Source: Coriobacteriia bacterium (GTDB lineage: Bacteria > Actinomycetota > Coriobacteriia > Anaerosomatales > SLCP01). From it: a stretch of DNA of 44,338 nucleotides. The notes under the pieces are model-generated. The model searched no databases, was not told where the DNA came from, and saw nothing but the letters and a program-made list of their open reading frames with translations. The stretch is from assembly GCA_034005175.1 (NCBI GenBank), contig JAVEVF010000002.1, positions 1-44,338 of the forward strand, given 5' to 3'. The stretch's first letter is position 1. Each line of letters opens with the position of its first letter. Positions 33,605 to 44,338 of this stretch are shown one piece after another. The position numbers and the translations under genes were made by a program.

Positions 33605-34874
33605 GTCTCGCCCCTCCCTGCTCGCCTTCCAGCCGAATGTCACCACCGAGCGCCGTAAGCTTGTCGACGAAGCCTTCGTAACCGCGTTCGATATGGAACG
33701 TATCGGTGACCGTCGTCTCACCCTCGGCCACGAGTCCCGCAAGCACCAGCGCGGCCCCAGCGCGCAGGTCGGTGCAGCGCACAGGCGCGCCCGAGAGCGT
33801 CTCGACACCCTTAAGGAGCGCGTGGTGTCCCTCGATGCGAACGTCAGCCCCCATGCGTACGAGCTCGTCGGCGAACATGAAGCGGTTCTCAAAGACGTTC
33901 TCCGTGATGACACAGCTGCCATCGGCACACGCCAGAAGCGCCATGAACTGCGGCTGCATGTCGGTGGGAAATCCCGGATATGGGAGTGTCTGTATGTCTG
34001 TGGGGCGCACAGGGCCTACCCGCCGGACGGTGATGCGGCCCTGAGCGACCTCGATCTCCGACCCCGCTTGTTCGAGCTTGAGCAGCACCATTTCAAGGTG
34101 GGCAGGGTCAACGCCTGTGACTGTGATGGGGCCGCCGGTTAGCGCGCCTGCGACAAGGAAGGTCCCTGCCTCTATGCGGTCGCCGATGACGACGTGCTCG
34201 ACCGCGTCTAACGCGCTCACACCCTCTACAGTGATGGTGGAGGTCCCGGCACCCTTGATGCGTGCGCCCATCTCAACAAGCATGGATGCGAGGTCTGCGA
34301 TCTCGGGCTCACGGGCGGCGTTGTCGATCACCGTCGTGCCCTTGGCCAGCACCGATGCCATGAGCAGGTTCTCCGTAGCCCCCACACTCGGGAACTCCAA
34401 CGTCACGGCAGCCCCGTGCAGGCCTTCAGGCGCACTGGCGTCGATGAAACCGTGCTCGAACTCGAACCGCACACCCAGCGCCTCAAGGCCAGCGATGTGC
34501 ATGTCGACCTTGCGCGAGCCGATGTTGCATCCACCTGGCATGGCCACCCGCGACCGGCCGAGCCGCGCCACGAGCGGGCCGAGCACTGCAATCGACGCTC
34601 GCATCTGAGAGACCAGCTCGTAGGGAGCCTCGAACGAATCCAAGACGGTGGCATCCACCGCAAGTGCGTCGCCGTCGCGTGTGACGCGTGCGCCAAGACC
34701 GCCCATCACGCACGCCATGGTGTTGACGTCGCTGATATCCGGTACGTTTGTGATGTGAGAGACTCCCGGCGCGAGCAGCGCAGCCGCTATCAGTTTGAGA
34801 GCAGAGTTCTTGGCGCCCGCCACCCGGACTTCACCGGCCAGCCGACGGCCTCCTGTAACGACGATTGGTCCCAC
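33597..34874 (-). CDS. murA: UDP-N-acetylglucosamine 1-carboxyvinyltransferase MurA
   Basis: L.GEVRVAGAKNSALKLIAAALLA, PGGCNIGSRKVDMH (active-site Cys loop), GFPTDMQPQFMALL. Confidence 0.95.
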   Translation of the reverse strand: MGPIVVTGGRRLAGEVRVAGAKNSALKLIAAALLAPGVSHITNVPDISDVNTMACVMGGLGARVTRDGDALAVDATVLDSFEAPYELVSQMRASIAVLGPLVARLGRSRVAMPGGCNIGSRKVDMHIAGLEALGVRFEFEHGFIDASAPEGLHGAAVTLEFPSVGATENLLMASVLAKGTTVIDNAAREPEIADLASMLVEMGARIKGAGTSTITVEGVSALDAVEHVVIGDRIEAGTFLVAGALTGGPITVTGVDPAHLEMVLLKLEQAGSEIEVAQGRITVRRVGPVRPTDIQTLPYPGFPTDMQPQFMALLACADGSCVITENVFENRFMFADELVRMGADVRIEGHHALLKGVETLSGAPVRCTDLRAGAALVLAGLVAEGETTVTDTFHIERGYEGFVDKLTALGGDIRLEGEQGGARHV

Positions 34875-34986
34875 GAGACGGTCGCCCCTCAGCCGAAAAG
34901 TGCATCAACCTCGTAATCGTAGTGTACCGTTCGCGCACACCACAATCCGCGAGCACATACCGTCACCAGATGGTCACCCGGCGATG

Positions 34987-35023
34987 TGAGGGGGCGACAG
35001 GCGTTTCACCTGTCGCCCCCTCA
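34987..35023 (-). terminator. Perfect 15-bp-stem hairpin 18 nt downstream of the atpC stop (possible U-tract-less terminator or mRNA stabiliser)
   Basis: + strand: TGAGGGGGCGACAGG cgtttca CCTGTCGCCCCCTCA. No T/U run follows on the transcribed (minus) strand. Confidence 0.45.
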
Positions 35024-35040
35024 TCGTGCCATGTACAACG

Positions 35041-35460
35041 TCACGGACGGTGTCGGCCCGCGACGTTTGCCTGTATCTCACACCAGTTGAGGTCTGAAAC
35101 ACATGCGTTGACCTCGTCGTCGGCACCGCCCTCGACGTCTCGCAGCCTTTGACGCGCCTCCTCGAGCGCACGCCGCGCGTGCTCGACATCGATCTGGCTA
35201 CCAGCAGCGGCCTGATCGGCAAGCACGATGACCTTATCCTCGTGAATCTGGACATAGCCACCAGAGATGGCAAACCACTCCACCTTGTCCTGGTCGAACA
35301 TCACTCGAATCTCGCCAGGCTTCAGCGCGCTCACGAGAGGGGCATGCAGCGGCAGAATGCCGATCTCGCCATCGATCGTGGGCGCAACGACCATGCGCAC
35401 CTCGTTGCGGTAGACGATGCGCTCGGGCGTGACGATCTCGCACAGAAGCGTGCGCTCCAT
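35041..35460 (-). CDS. atpC: F1 ATP synthase epsilon subunit
   Basis: LLCEIVTPERIVY...VVAPTIDGEIGILPLHAPLVSALKPGEIRV. Last gene of the atp operon. Confidence 0.93.
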   Translation of the reverse strand: MERTLLCEIVTPERIVYRNEVRMVVAPTIDGEIGILPLHAPLVSALKPGEIRVMFDQDKVEWFAISGGYVQIHEDKVIVLADQAAAGSQIDVEHARRALEEARQRLRDVEGGADDEVNACVSDLNWCEIQANVAGRHRP

Positions 35461-35475
35461 ACGTCTGCTCGCTCC

Positions 35476-36912
<1,437 letters not shown>

Positions 36913-37794
36913 CTAATCCTCCAACGCCGCTGCGCCGCCGACGATTTCTGCTATCTCGTTGGTGATAGCCGCCTGACGAGCGCGGTTGTAGCTGCGGGTG
37001 AGGGTGGTGATCATCTCCGAGGCGTTGTCGGTCGCGGACTTCATCGCCGTTCGGCGTGCACCATGTTCCGATGCCGCCGACTCCATCAGCGCGCGGAAGA
37101 CCAGCGTCTCCACATACGTCGGCAGCAAGAGCTCCAAGACAGCCTCGGGGTTGGGTTCGAACGTGTACTCCGCACGAACATCGCTGCCCTCGGCGGCGTC
37201 TTCGACGACCCTGCGCTCGATGGGCAGGAGCTGGTGTATCTCGGGCTTCTGCTCGGCCACGTTCTTGAAGCGGTTGAATGCCACGTAGACAGCGTCGACC
37301 GCCTCCTCCGAGTACGCGCCGATCACGTGTGAGGCGATCGACTTCGCATCGGCGAACGTGGGCTTGTCTGAGATGTCGCGGTAGACCGCTATGGGTTCGA
37401 TGCCCCGGTACTTGAAGTAGCTCGCGGCCTTCTTGCCTACCGCGATGACATCGACCCGTGCACCGGCGGCGGTCTGTTCTGTGATGACGTTTTCCGCGAG
37501 GCGCAGTATGTTGCTGTTGAACGCGCCCGCGAGCCCGCGGTCGGATGTGACTGCGATGACCACGGCGCGGTCGTGCGTCTCGTGAGTCGCAAGAAGCGGG
37601 TGCTCGGCGCCTTTGGCGTAGCGCGCCACGTTGCCCAGCACCTCCATCATCGAGAGCGCATACGGCCGAGCGGCCTCGATCTTCTCCTGGGCCTTCTTGA
37701 TCTTGGCGGTCGCGACCATCTCCATGGTGCGCGTGATCTGGCGCGTGGACTCCACGCTGCCGATCCTCTTCTTGATGTCGCGCAGGTTCGCCAT
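36913..37794 (-). CDS. atpG: F1 ATP synthase gamma subunit
   Basis: MANLRDIKKRIGSVESTRQITRTMEMVATAKIKKAQ, and C-terminal RQAAITNEIAEIVGGAAAL. Confidence 0.95.
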   Translation of the reverse strand: MANLRDIKKRIGSVESTRQITRTMEMVATAKIKKAQEKIEAARPYALSMMEVLGNVARYAKGAEHPLLATHETHDRAVVIAVTSDRGLAGAFNSNILRLAENVITEQTAAGARVDVIAVGKKAASYFKYRGIEPIAVYRDISDKPTFADAKSIASHVIGAYSEEAVDAVYVAFNRFKNVAEQKPEIHQLLPIERRVVEDAAEGSDVRAEYTFEPNPEAVLELLLPTYVETLVFRALMESAASEHGARRTAMKSATDNASEMITTLTRSYNRARQAAITNEIAEIVGGAAALED

Positions 37795-37803
37795 CTGCTG
37801 TCC

Positions 37804-39366
<1,563 letters not shown>

Positions 39367-39924
39367 CTACGCCTCACCTCCCTGTGGTGCGGTAGACAGG
39401 CTGGCGCGGACCGCGTCGAGCTGAGCCGAGAGGCTCCCGTCGAGCACCCTGCCGCCGACCTTGATGATGATGCCGCCCACGATCGAGCCGTCCACCCGCT
39501 CAAGAAGCGAGACGGGACGCCCGAGCGCGGCGGCGAGCTTGTCCGTGATGGAGGCGCGAAGGGCCTCGTCTAGCGGTATAGCGGTCGTGATCTCAGCCAC
39601 GACGATGTTTCGCTCGCTCTCCGCGATCTCGCCGAAGTGGCGAACGACCTCACCCAGCACGTCGACATGACCTCTATCCACGGCCAGGGTGACGATCGAC
39701 ACGACCTCTGGCACCACCGTCTCGCCGAAGATCTCGCGCACGATATCGCGCCTCTTCTCGACGGGGATACCGGTGTCGGTGAGCGCCGTCCGCAAATCGA
39801 TATGACCACGGATCGTCTCAGCGGCGATGCGGATGCCCGCATCGGCCACGTCGACGACGTCAGCCACGGTGGCGAGGTCGTAGAGGACCCGTGCGTATGT
39901 CCTAGCGATCTCGCTAGTTGTCAT
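39367..39924 (-). CDS. atpH: F1 ATP synthase delta (OSCP) subunit
   Basis: YARVLYDLA... N-terminus and C-terminal VGGIIIKVGGRVLDGSL. Position between atpF and atpA. Confidence 0.9.
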   Translation of the reverse strand: MTTSEIARTYARVLYDLATVADVVDVADAGIRIAAETIRGHIDLRTALTDTGIPVEKRRDIVREIFGETVVPEVVSIVTLAVDRGHVDVLGEVVRHFGEIAESERNIVVAEITTAIPLDEALRASITDKLAAALGRPVSLLERVDGSIVGGIIIKVGGRVLDGSLSAQLDAVRASLSTAPQGGEA

Positions 39925-40459
39925 TGAGGCTCCCCACCTCGGCGACGTACTTCTCGATGAGGCTAGCGTGGTCGGCGGTGGAGAGCTCTTCGCCGATAAG
40001 CTTGGTTGCCACGGCTACCGAGAGGTCTGCGACAGACGCCTGGAGCTCGGCCACCGCGGCCTTCTTCTCGGCCTCCATGGCCTCGTGCGCCTTGGCCACG
40101 ACAGCCTCAGCGTCCTTGGTGGCCTGCGCGAGAATCTCGGTCTTCATCGATTCGGCCACCTTGCGGCCTTGCTCGATGACCTTACCGGCCTCAGCACGTG
40201 CCTCGGCCATCTGCGCCTTGTACTCCTCGAGCATGCGCTCGGCATCGACCTGGGTCTGCTCGGCCTTCTCAAGCGACTCCTTGATGGTGGCCGCGCGCTT
40301 CTCGAGGATGTTGGAGATGGGACCGAATGCGAACTTCTTCAGCAAGATGAAGAGTACGGCGAACGCCAAGATCGACGGCCAGATATCCGCAAGCACCGGA
40401 ACGACCGAGATCGACGACCCTCCGCCAGACTCAGCTGCATATGCGACTCCTACCAGCAT
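39914..40459 (-). CDS. atpF: Fo ATP synthase subunit b
   Basis: One N-terminal TM (WPSILAFAVLFILLKKFAFGPI), then a long charged coiled-coil. Confidence 0.9.
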   Translation of the reverse strand: MLVGVAYAAESGGGSSISVVPVLADIWPSILAFAVLFILLKKFAFGPISNILEKRAATIKESLEKAEQTQVDAERMLEEYKAQMAEARAEAGKVIEQGRKVAESMKTEILAQATKDAEAVVAKAHEAMEAEKKAAVAELQASVADLSVAVATKLIGEELSTADHASLIEKYVAEVGSLNDN

Positions 40460-40494
40460 GGCTCAAAACCTCCACTCGTGCAGGACATATCCGT

Positions 40495-40746
<252 letters not shown>

Positions 40747-40799
40747 TCAGGTCCCCTGACAACTCTTCTAAGCCGGCAAGTGCCGGCGTTGAACCCTGT

Positions 40800-41606
40800 C
40801 TAGTGCTCCGACGCGTGCAGCGCTCCCCCGATGTACACCGAGGTGAGAATGGCGAACACGTACGCCTGAATGAACGCGACAAAGACCTTGAACCCATACA
40901 TGATGACCAGCATGAGAAACCCGAATCCAGTCATCGTGATGCCAAGTGCGCCGAGCTGCTCGACACCAAGAATCATGAAGATGCCGAAGATGCCGAGGAT
41001 GATCCCCCCGGCAAACATGTTGGCGTACAGACGGACAGCCAGCGTGAGCGGCCTGAGGAAGTGCCCCACGAGCTCAAGCAGGAAGATGAACGGGCCGAGT
41101 GTGAAGCGGCCGCCAGCAGGCATTTCACGCACACCGCTTGGAACGAAACTCTTGACGTACCCGATGAGGCCGTTCTTCTGAATGCCGATCGCGTTGTACA
41201 CGATGAAGACCATGATCGCCCAGGTCGCTGTGACGCCGATGGATCCCGTGCCCGGGAGCGCACCTGGAACAAGGCCGATCACGTTGTTGACGAGGATGAA
41301 GAAGAACAGCGTGCCGATGAATGGCACGTACTTGAGTCCCTCCATGCCCATACTCTCCACGCACAGGTTGCGGATGAACTCCACGCCGGCCTCAGCGATG
41401 TTGCCGACGCCTTTTGGCACAAGGCTCGTGCGCTTCGCTGCAATCATGAAGAACACAAGCGTCACCACGAATGCGATGCTCAGAAAGAAAGTGTAGTTCG
41501 TCAGCACGAACGGATCGGTGGGCGACACGGTGCCGTGTACATCGTTGAACGGCAGCACCGAGTAGTGGTGGAGCTTAGACGCCAGTTTCTCAGCAAACCC
41601 ATCCAC
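40800..41606 (-). CDS. atpB: Fo ATP synthase subunit a
   Basis: Polytopic, with ...LRPLTLAVRLYANMFAGG (essential Arg context). GTG start. Confidence 0.93.
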   Translation of the reverse strand: MDGFAEKLASKLHHYSVLPFNDVHGTVSPTDPFVLTNYTFFLSIAFVVTLVFFMIAAKRTSLVPKGVGNIAEAGVEFIRNLCVESMGMEGLKYVPFIGTLFFFILVNNVIGLVPGALPGTGSIGVTATWAIMVFIVYNAIGIQKNGLIGYVKSFVPSGVREMPAGGRFTLGPFIFLLELVGHFLRPLTLAVRLYANMFAGGIILGIFGIFMILGVEQLGALGITMTGFGFLMLVIMYGFKVFVAFIQAYVFAILTSVYIGGALHASEH

Positions 41607-41622
41607 GCGGTTTCTTCCTCCT

Positions 41623-41952
41623 TCACCGGGGCCGAGTGAGTACCTTGCCGTACTTCACCAGCTCATATCCGTACGACACGACAAAACCGCCCGCCACTCC
41701 CGCGGCGAACATCAGGAACCCTTGCGAGATGAAGCGATAGTAGATGAAGAGCGCTCCGGCAGCGAGCGCCATGCGGGCGATGAGCGACACCGCCGCGATT
41801 GCAAGTCCGATCTCGGGCGACTCCGGCGTGATGGTGCGGAAGCTCGCCCGGGAGGCAAGCAGGAGGCCGACACCGAAGGCGATGCCGAGGCCCGCCGCTA
41901 CGACCGGTTGGCCAAGCAGCGTGACGACACTATCGGCGAGTGCAGGAGACAG
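41623..41952 (-). CDS. AtpI/AtpZ-like small hydrophobic protein upstream of atpB (start uncertain, possibly CTG 41952)
   Basis: The hand-translated frame is open from 41973 to the TGA at 41623-41625. It reads ...LSPALADSVVTLLGQPVVAAGLGIAFGVGLLLASRASF...IGLAIAAVSLIARMALAAGALFIYYRFISQGFLMFAAGVAGGFVVSYGYELVKYGK. The first canonical start (GTG 41790) would give only 55 aa and cut off a TM helix. GGAGGG lies 7 nt upstream of CTG 41952. Confidence 0.4.
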   Translation of the reverse strand: MSPALADSVVTLLGQPVVAAGLGIAFGVGLLLASRASFRTITPESPEIGLAIAAVSLIARMALAAGALFIYYRFISQGFLMFAAGVAGGFVVSYGYELVKYGKVLTRPR

Positions 41953-42107
41953 TTGGGGACCCTCCGGTAGGACTCATCGGTGCAAGAAACGCCAACCACG
42001 AGACCCTGCCGTGGAGCCGGTTGCAGGTGCGAATCGTGACTCCGAACGCATGCGAGCACACGGTGCCACAGACTGCGTTTCCGACGGGGGTCCCGGAAAG
42101 CCTGCCC

Positions 42108-42136
42108 ATCGTACACGAACCTCCACAGGCGTGCAA
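42108..42136 (-). promoter_or_regulatory. Candidate sigma70/SigA-type promoter for the atp operon
   Basis: Minus strand reads TTGCAC - 17 nt - TACGAT (-35 at 42131-42136, -10 at 42108-42113), in the 275-bp gap between the wecA-like gene and the atpI-like ORF. Sequence match only. Confidence 0.3.
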
Positions 42137-42227
42137 TACGGTGATGATGCGGGCAACCGATGACGCAGACAGCACACCATCTAGCGCCGGCCACAGCCAA
42201 CGCGACGACGTCGCACTCAACCAGGAC

Positions 42228-43334
42228 TCAGCCTGCAGCAGGATGGTCCTCAGAGGTCAGATCCTCGGCCTGCTGGTGTGCTACCTCGAACAAGCCCAAC
42301 CAATGCGCCATGAACACAGAGAGGCCAGCCAGCACGGCGAAGGTCAGGACCTTCACCGGTGTAGCCGCCCAGCGCATCGCATACGCCCCCACACCTAACG
42401 CCGCCGACCACACGTAGATGATAAGGACCGTCTGGCGCTGATCGAATCCCCGACCGAGCAGTCGGTGGTGGATGTGTCCGCGATCTGCCTCTTGAATAGG
42501 GCGGTTGTGCAGTACGCGCCGGATGATGGCGCTTGCGGTATCGAAGATTGGAACGCCGAGGATGAGCAAGGGTACGAGCAACGCGATGGCGGCGACCGAC
42601 TTCATCACACCGAGAAGCGAGATGGCGGCAAGCGTGAACCCAAGCAACATCGAGCCAGAATCGCCCATGAAGATGGTCGCGGGATGGAAGTTGTACCGCA
42701 GGAATGCCACACACGCACCGATGAGCGCCGCCGCGAACGCAGCCGCGGCGAACTGATTGCCCTGCAGTGCAAGCACAAGCATCGTCACCGCTCCGATAGC
42801 AGTCACACCTGCAGCAAGGCCGTCGAGGCCATCGATGAGGTTGATGACATTGGCGAACGCCACGATGTAGAGCGCTGTCAGCGGAATGCTCAGAAGCCCC
42901 AACACGATGATGCGTCCACCGAATGGGTTTCCAATGAAGTCGATGCGCAGGCCGGAGGCGATGACCACCGCTGCCGCCAAGGTCTGGCCTGCGAGCTTCT
43001 GGGCAGGGCTCAACGTGCGTATATCGTCGATGAGCCCTGTGACGAAGATGATCACCATGGCTGCGATGCACCCGAGAATCTGCGGGTTTCCGCTTGTCAG
43101 AGCTGGTTTCCACCCCAGCGTCGCCTCGCCGACGACCTGAAGGCCGACTGCTGCCATCATCCCCGCGAAGATGGCGACGCCGCCGAGGCGCGGAATCCCC
43201 TTTGTGTGCACCTTGCGCTCATCAGGCTGGTCGACCAAGCCTGCCTTGAATGCGAGATCGCGCACGAGCGGAGTCAGCCCGAATGTCACCGCCGCCGCGG
43301 CGGTGATCACTGCAGTCAGCTGCAGCCAGCTCAC
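42228..43334 (-). CDS. wecA: MraY/WecA/TagO-family (polytopic) UDP-GlcNAc:undecaprenyl-phosphate GlcNAc-1-P transferase
   Basis: [52 protein letters not shown]. The rfe/wecA-atpI-atpB gene order is the same as in mycobacteria. Confidence 0.88.
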   Translation of the reverse strand: MSWLQLTAVITAAAAVTFGLTPLVRDLAFKAGLVDQPDERKVHTKGIPRLGGVAIFAGMMAAVGLQVVGEATLGWKPALTSGNPQILGCIAAMVIIFVTGLIDDIRTLSPAQKLAGQTLAAAVVIASGLRIDFIGNPFGGRIIVLGLLSIPLTALYIVAFANVINLIDGLDGLAAGVTAIGAVTMLVLALQGNQFAAAAFAAALIGACVAFLRYNFHPATIFMGDSGSMLLGFTLAAISLLGVMKSVAAIALLVPLLILGVPIFDTASAIIRRVLHNRPIQEADRGHIHHRLLGRGFDQRQTVLIIYVWSAALGVGAYAMRWAATPVKVLTFAVLAGLSVFMAHWLGLFEVAHQQAEDLTSEDHPAAG

Positions 43335-43789
43335 CTACCGCCACCACCCGCGAGCATGCGTGGAGTGATGCCCGCCTCGGCAAGCAGATCCTCTGAGAGC
43401 GGGTCTGGATACGGGTCGCGAAAAGCGATGTCCACCACGCCGGCATTGATGAGGATCTTCGCGCACAGCGAACAAGGCTGGTGAGTGCTGTACACGGTAG
43501 CCCCATCGATAGTGATGCCGTGCTTAGCAGCCTGGATGACCGCATTTTGCTCGGCATGAATGCCTCGGCAGAGCTCGTGATGGCTGCCGGATGCTATCTT
43601 GCGCTGTTCCCGCAGACAGCCCACTTCCTCGCAGTGGGCAAGCCCAGCGGGCGTCCCGTTGTAGCCGGTGGCAAGGATGCGGCGGTCTTTGACGAGCACG
43701 GCACCGGTCTGCCGGCGCAGGCACGTCGAGCGGCCAGCCACCTGCTCGGCAATGCTCATGAAGTATTCATCCCACGAGGGGCGGACCAT
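43331..43789 (-). CDS. dCMP (deoxycytidylate) deaminase, ComEB-like
   Basis: WDEYFM.IA..VA.RSTC, HAEQNAV (zinc His-Ala-Glu), [13 protein letters not shown] (PCxxC). Confidence 0.9.
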   Translation of the reverse strand: MVRPSWDEYFMSIAEQVAGRSTCLRRQTGAVLVKDRRILATGYNGTPAGLAHCEEVGCLREQRKIASGSHHELCRGIHAEQNAVIQAAKHGITIDGATVYSTHQPCSLCAKILINAGVVDIAFRDPYPDPLSEDLLAEAGITPRMLAGGGGR

Positions 43790-43810
43790 AGCTGCTCTGC
43801 CTCCCTGACG

Positions 43811-44338
43811 CTATTTCGTGCCGAACAGTCGATCGCCCGCATCACCGAGGCCAGGCACGATGTACCCGTGCTCGTTGAGGTGGCTGTCCACACAACACGT
43901 GTAGATACGCACGTCATCGCAGCCGTTGACGACCTCCTCGATGCCTTCTGGTGCCGCAATGATCACAAGCAGGTTGATGGAGCGCGCCCCGCGGGCACGC
44001 AGGAACTGCACGGCTGCTGCCGCCGAGCCTCCGGTGGCAAGCATGGGGTCGACGATGAGGATGTCTCGCTCGCCGATGTCTTCGGGAAGCTTGCAGTAGT
44101 ACTCAACCGGAAGCAACGTCTCCGGGTCGCGGTACAGACCCACATGTCCCACGCGCGCCGCCGGTATGAGCTCGATGATGCCCTCGACCATGCCCAAGCC
44201 GGCACGCAGGATGGGAATCACCGCGACCTTCTTGCCTGCAAGCACATACGTCGACGTCTCCTCGATGGGAGTGGTGACGGTGGTCTCGGTGAGCTGGATG
44301 TCCCGCGTGGCCTCGTTCGCCATGAGCTGGGCGAGCTC
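43811..44338 (-). CDS. upp: Uracil phosphoribosyltransferase, 5'-truncated by the window edge
   Basis: [27 protein letters not shown] (PRPP motif), and C-terminal [17 protein letters not shown]. The frame stays open upstream of the track's Met to position 44338 (ELAQLM...), and a normal Upp N-terminus is missing. Confidence 0.92.
   Translation of the reverse strand, partial: ELAQLMANEATRDIQLTETTVTTPIEETSTYVLAGKKVAVIPILRAGLGMVEGIIELIPAARVGHVGLYRDPETLLPVEYYCKLPEDIGERDILIVDPMLATGGSAAAAVQFLRARGARSINLLVIIAAPEGIEEVVNGCDDVRIYTCCVDSHLNEHGYIVPGLGDAGDRLFGTK

Noticed and set aside
33605-33928. N-terminal extensions of track ORFs: fabZ to 33928, dehydrogenase to 33215, LCP to 31790, GT4 to 6327, nucleotidyltransferase to 26055, Wzx to 22453, aminotransferase to 14318
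   Set aside because: The extensions overlap upstream genes, are Arg/Ser/Cys-rich and lie upstream of the point where family homology begins. Internal starts with SD boxes or ATGA/TAATG coupling fit better.
41974-42220. Three overlapping minus-strand ORFs (41898..42200, 41930..42220, 41974..42180) in the atp leader region
   Set aside because: They are Arg/Cys/His-rich, mutually overlapping in different frames, and have no SD. The region is better explained as the atp promoter/5' leader.

Overview
GC-rich, Actinomycetota-like chromosomal window that is almost entirely coding. All calls come from reading the translations by eye; no searches were run. (1) 1-2663: a long minus-strand ORF that is absent from the supplied ORF track because it runs off the left edge. 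It encodes a secreted BNR/Asp-box beta-propeller followed by five Ig-like repeats. (2) About 2.8-25.9 kb: a Wzx/Wzy-type cell-envelope glycopolymer locus. It holds a complete PglF/E/D/C-like set for a 2,4-diacetamido-trideoxyhexose primer, four GT4 glycosyltransferases, a DUF354-like protein and two Wzy/O-antigen-ligase-like proteins. It also holds a Wzz-like protein with a degenerate kinase domain, a Wzx flippase, a TagF-like phosphotransferase and a LicC-like nucleotidyltransferase. (3) Embedded in and flanking this locus are three secreted peptidoglycan-remodelling enzymes: SpoIID-like, NlpC/P60 and YkuD L,D-transpeptidase. Each carries tandem copies of the same ~125-aa module, 13 complete copies in total, and a likely 14th begins at the cut C-terminus of the left-edge protein. 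An LCP ligase gene lies directly upstream of two of them. (4) 33.2-44.3 kb is housekeeping: fabZ, murA, atpBEFHAGDC plus an atpI-like ORF with no canonical start, wecA/tagO-like, dCMP deaminase and upp (5'-truncated). I saw no rRNA, tRNA, CRISPR array, transposase/integrase or recognisable defence genes. The main hypothesis is that the shared module is an undescribed non-covalent wall-anchoring domain whose ligand is the glycopolymer made by the surrounding locus. This would be analogous to SLH/pyruvylated SCWP, CWB2/PSII or choline-binding repeats/teichoic acid. The hypothesis is inference and needs HMM, structure and binding tests.
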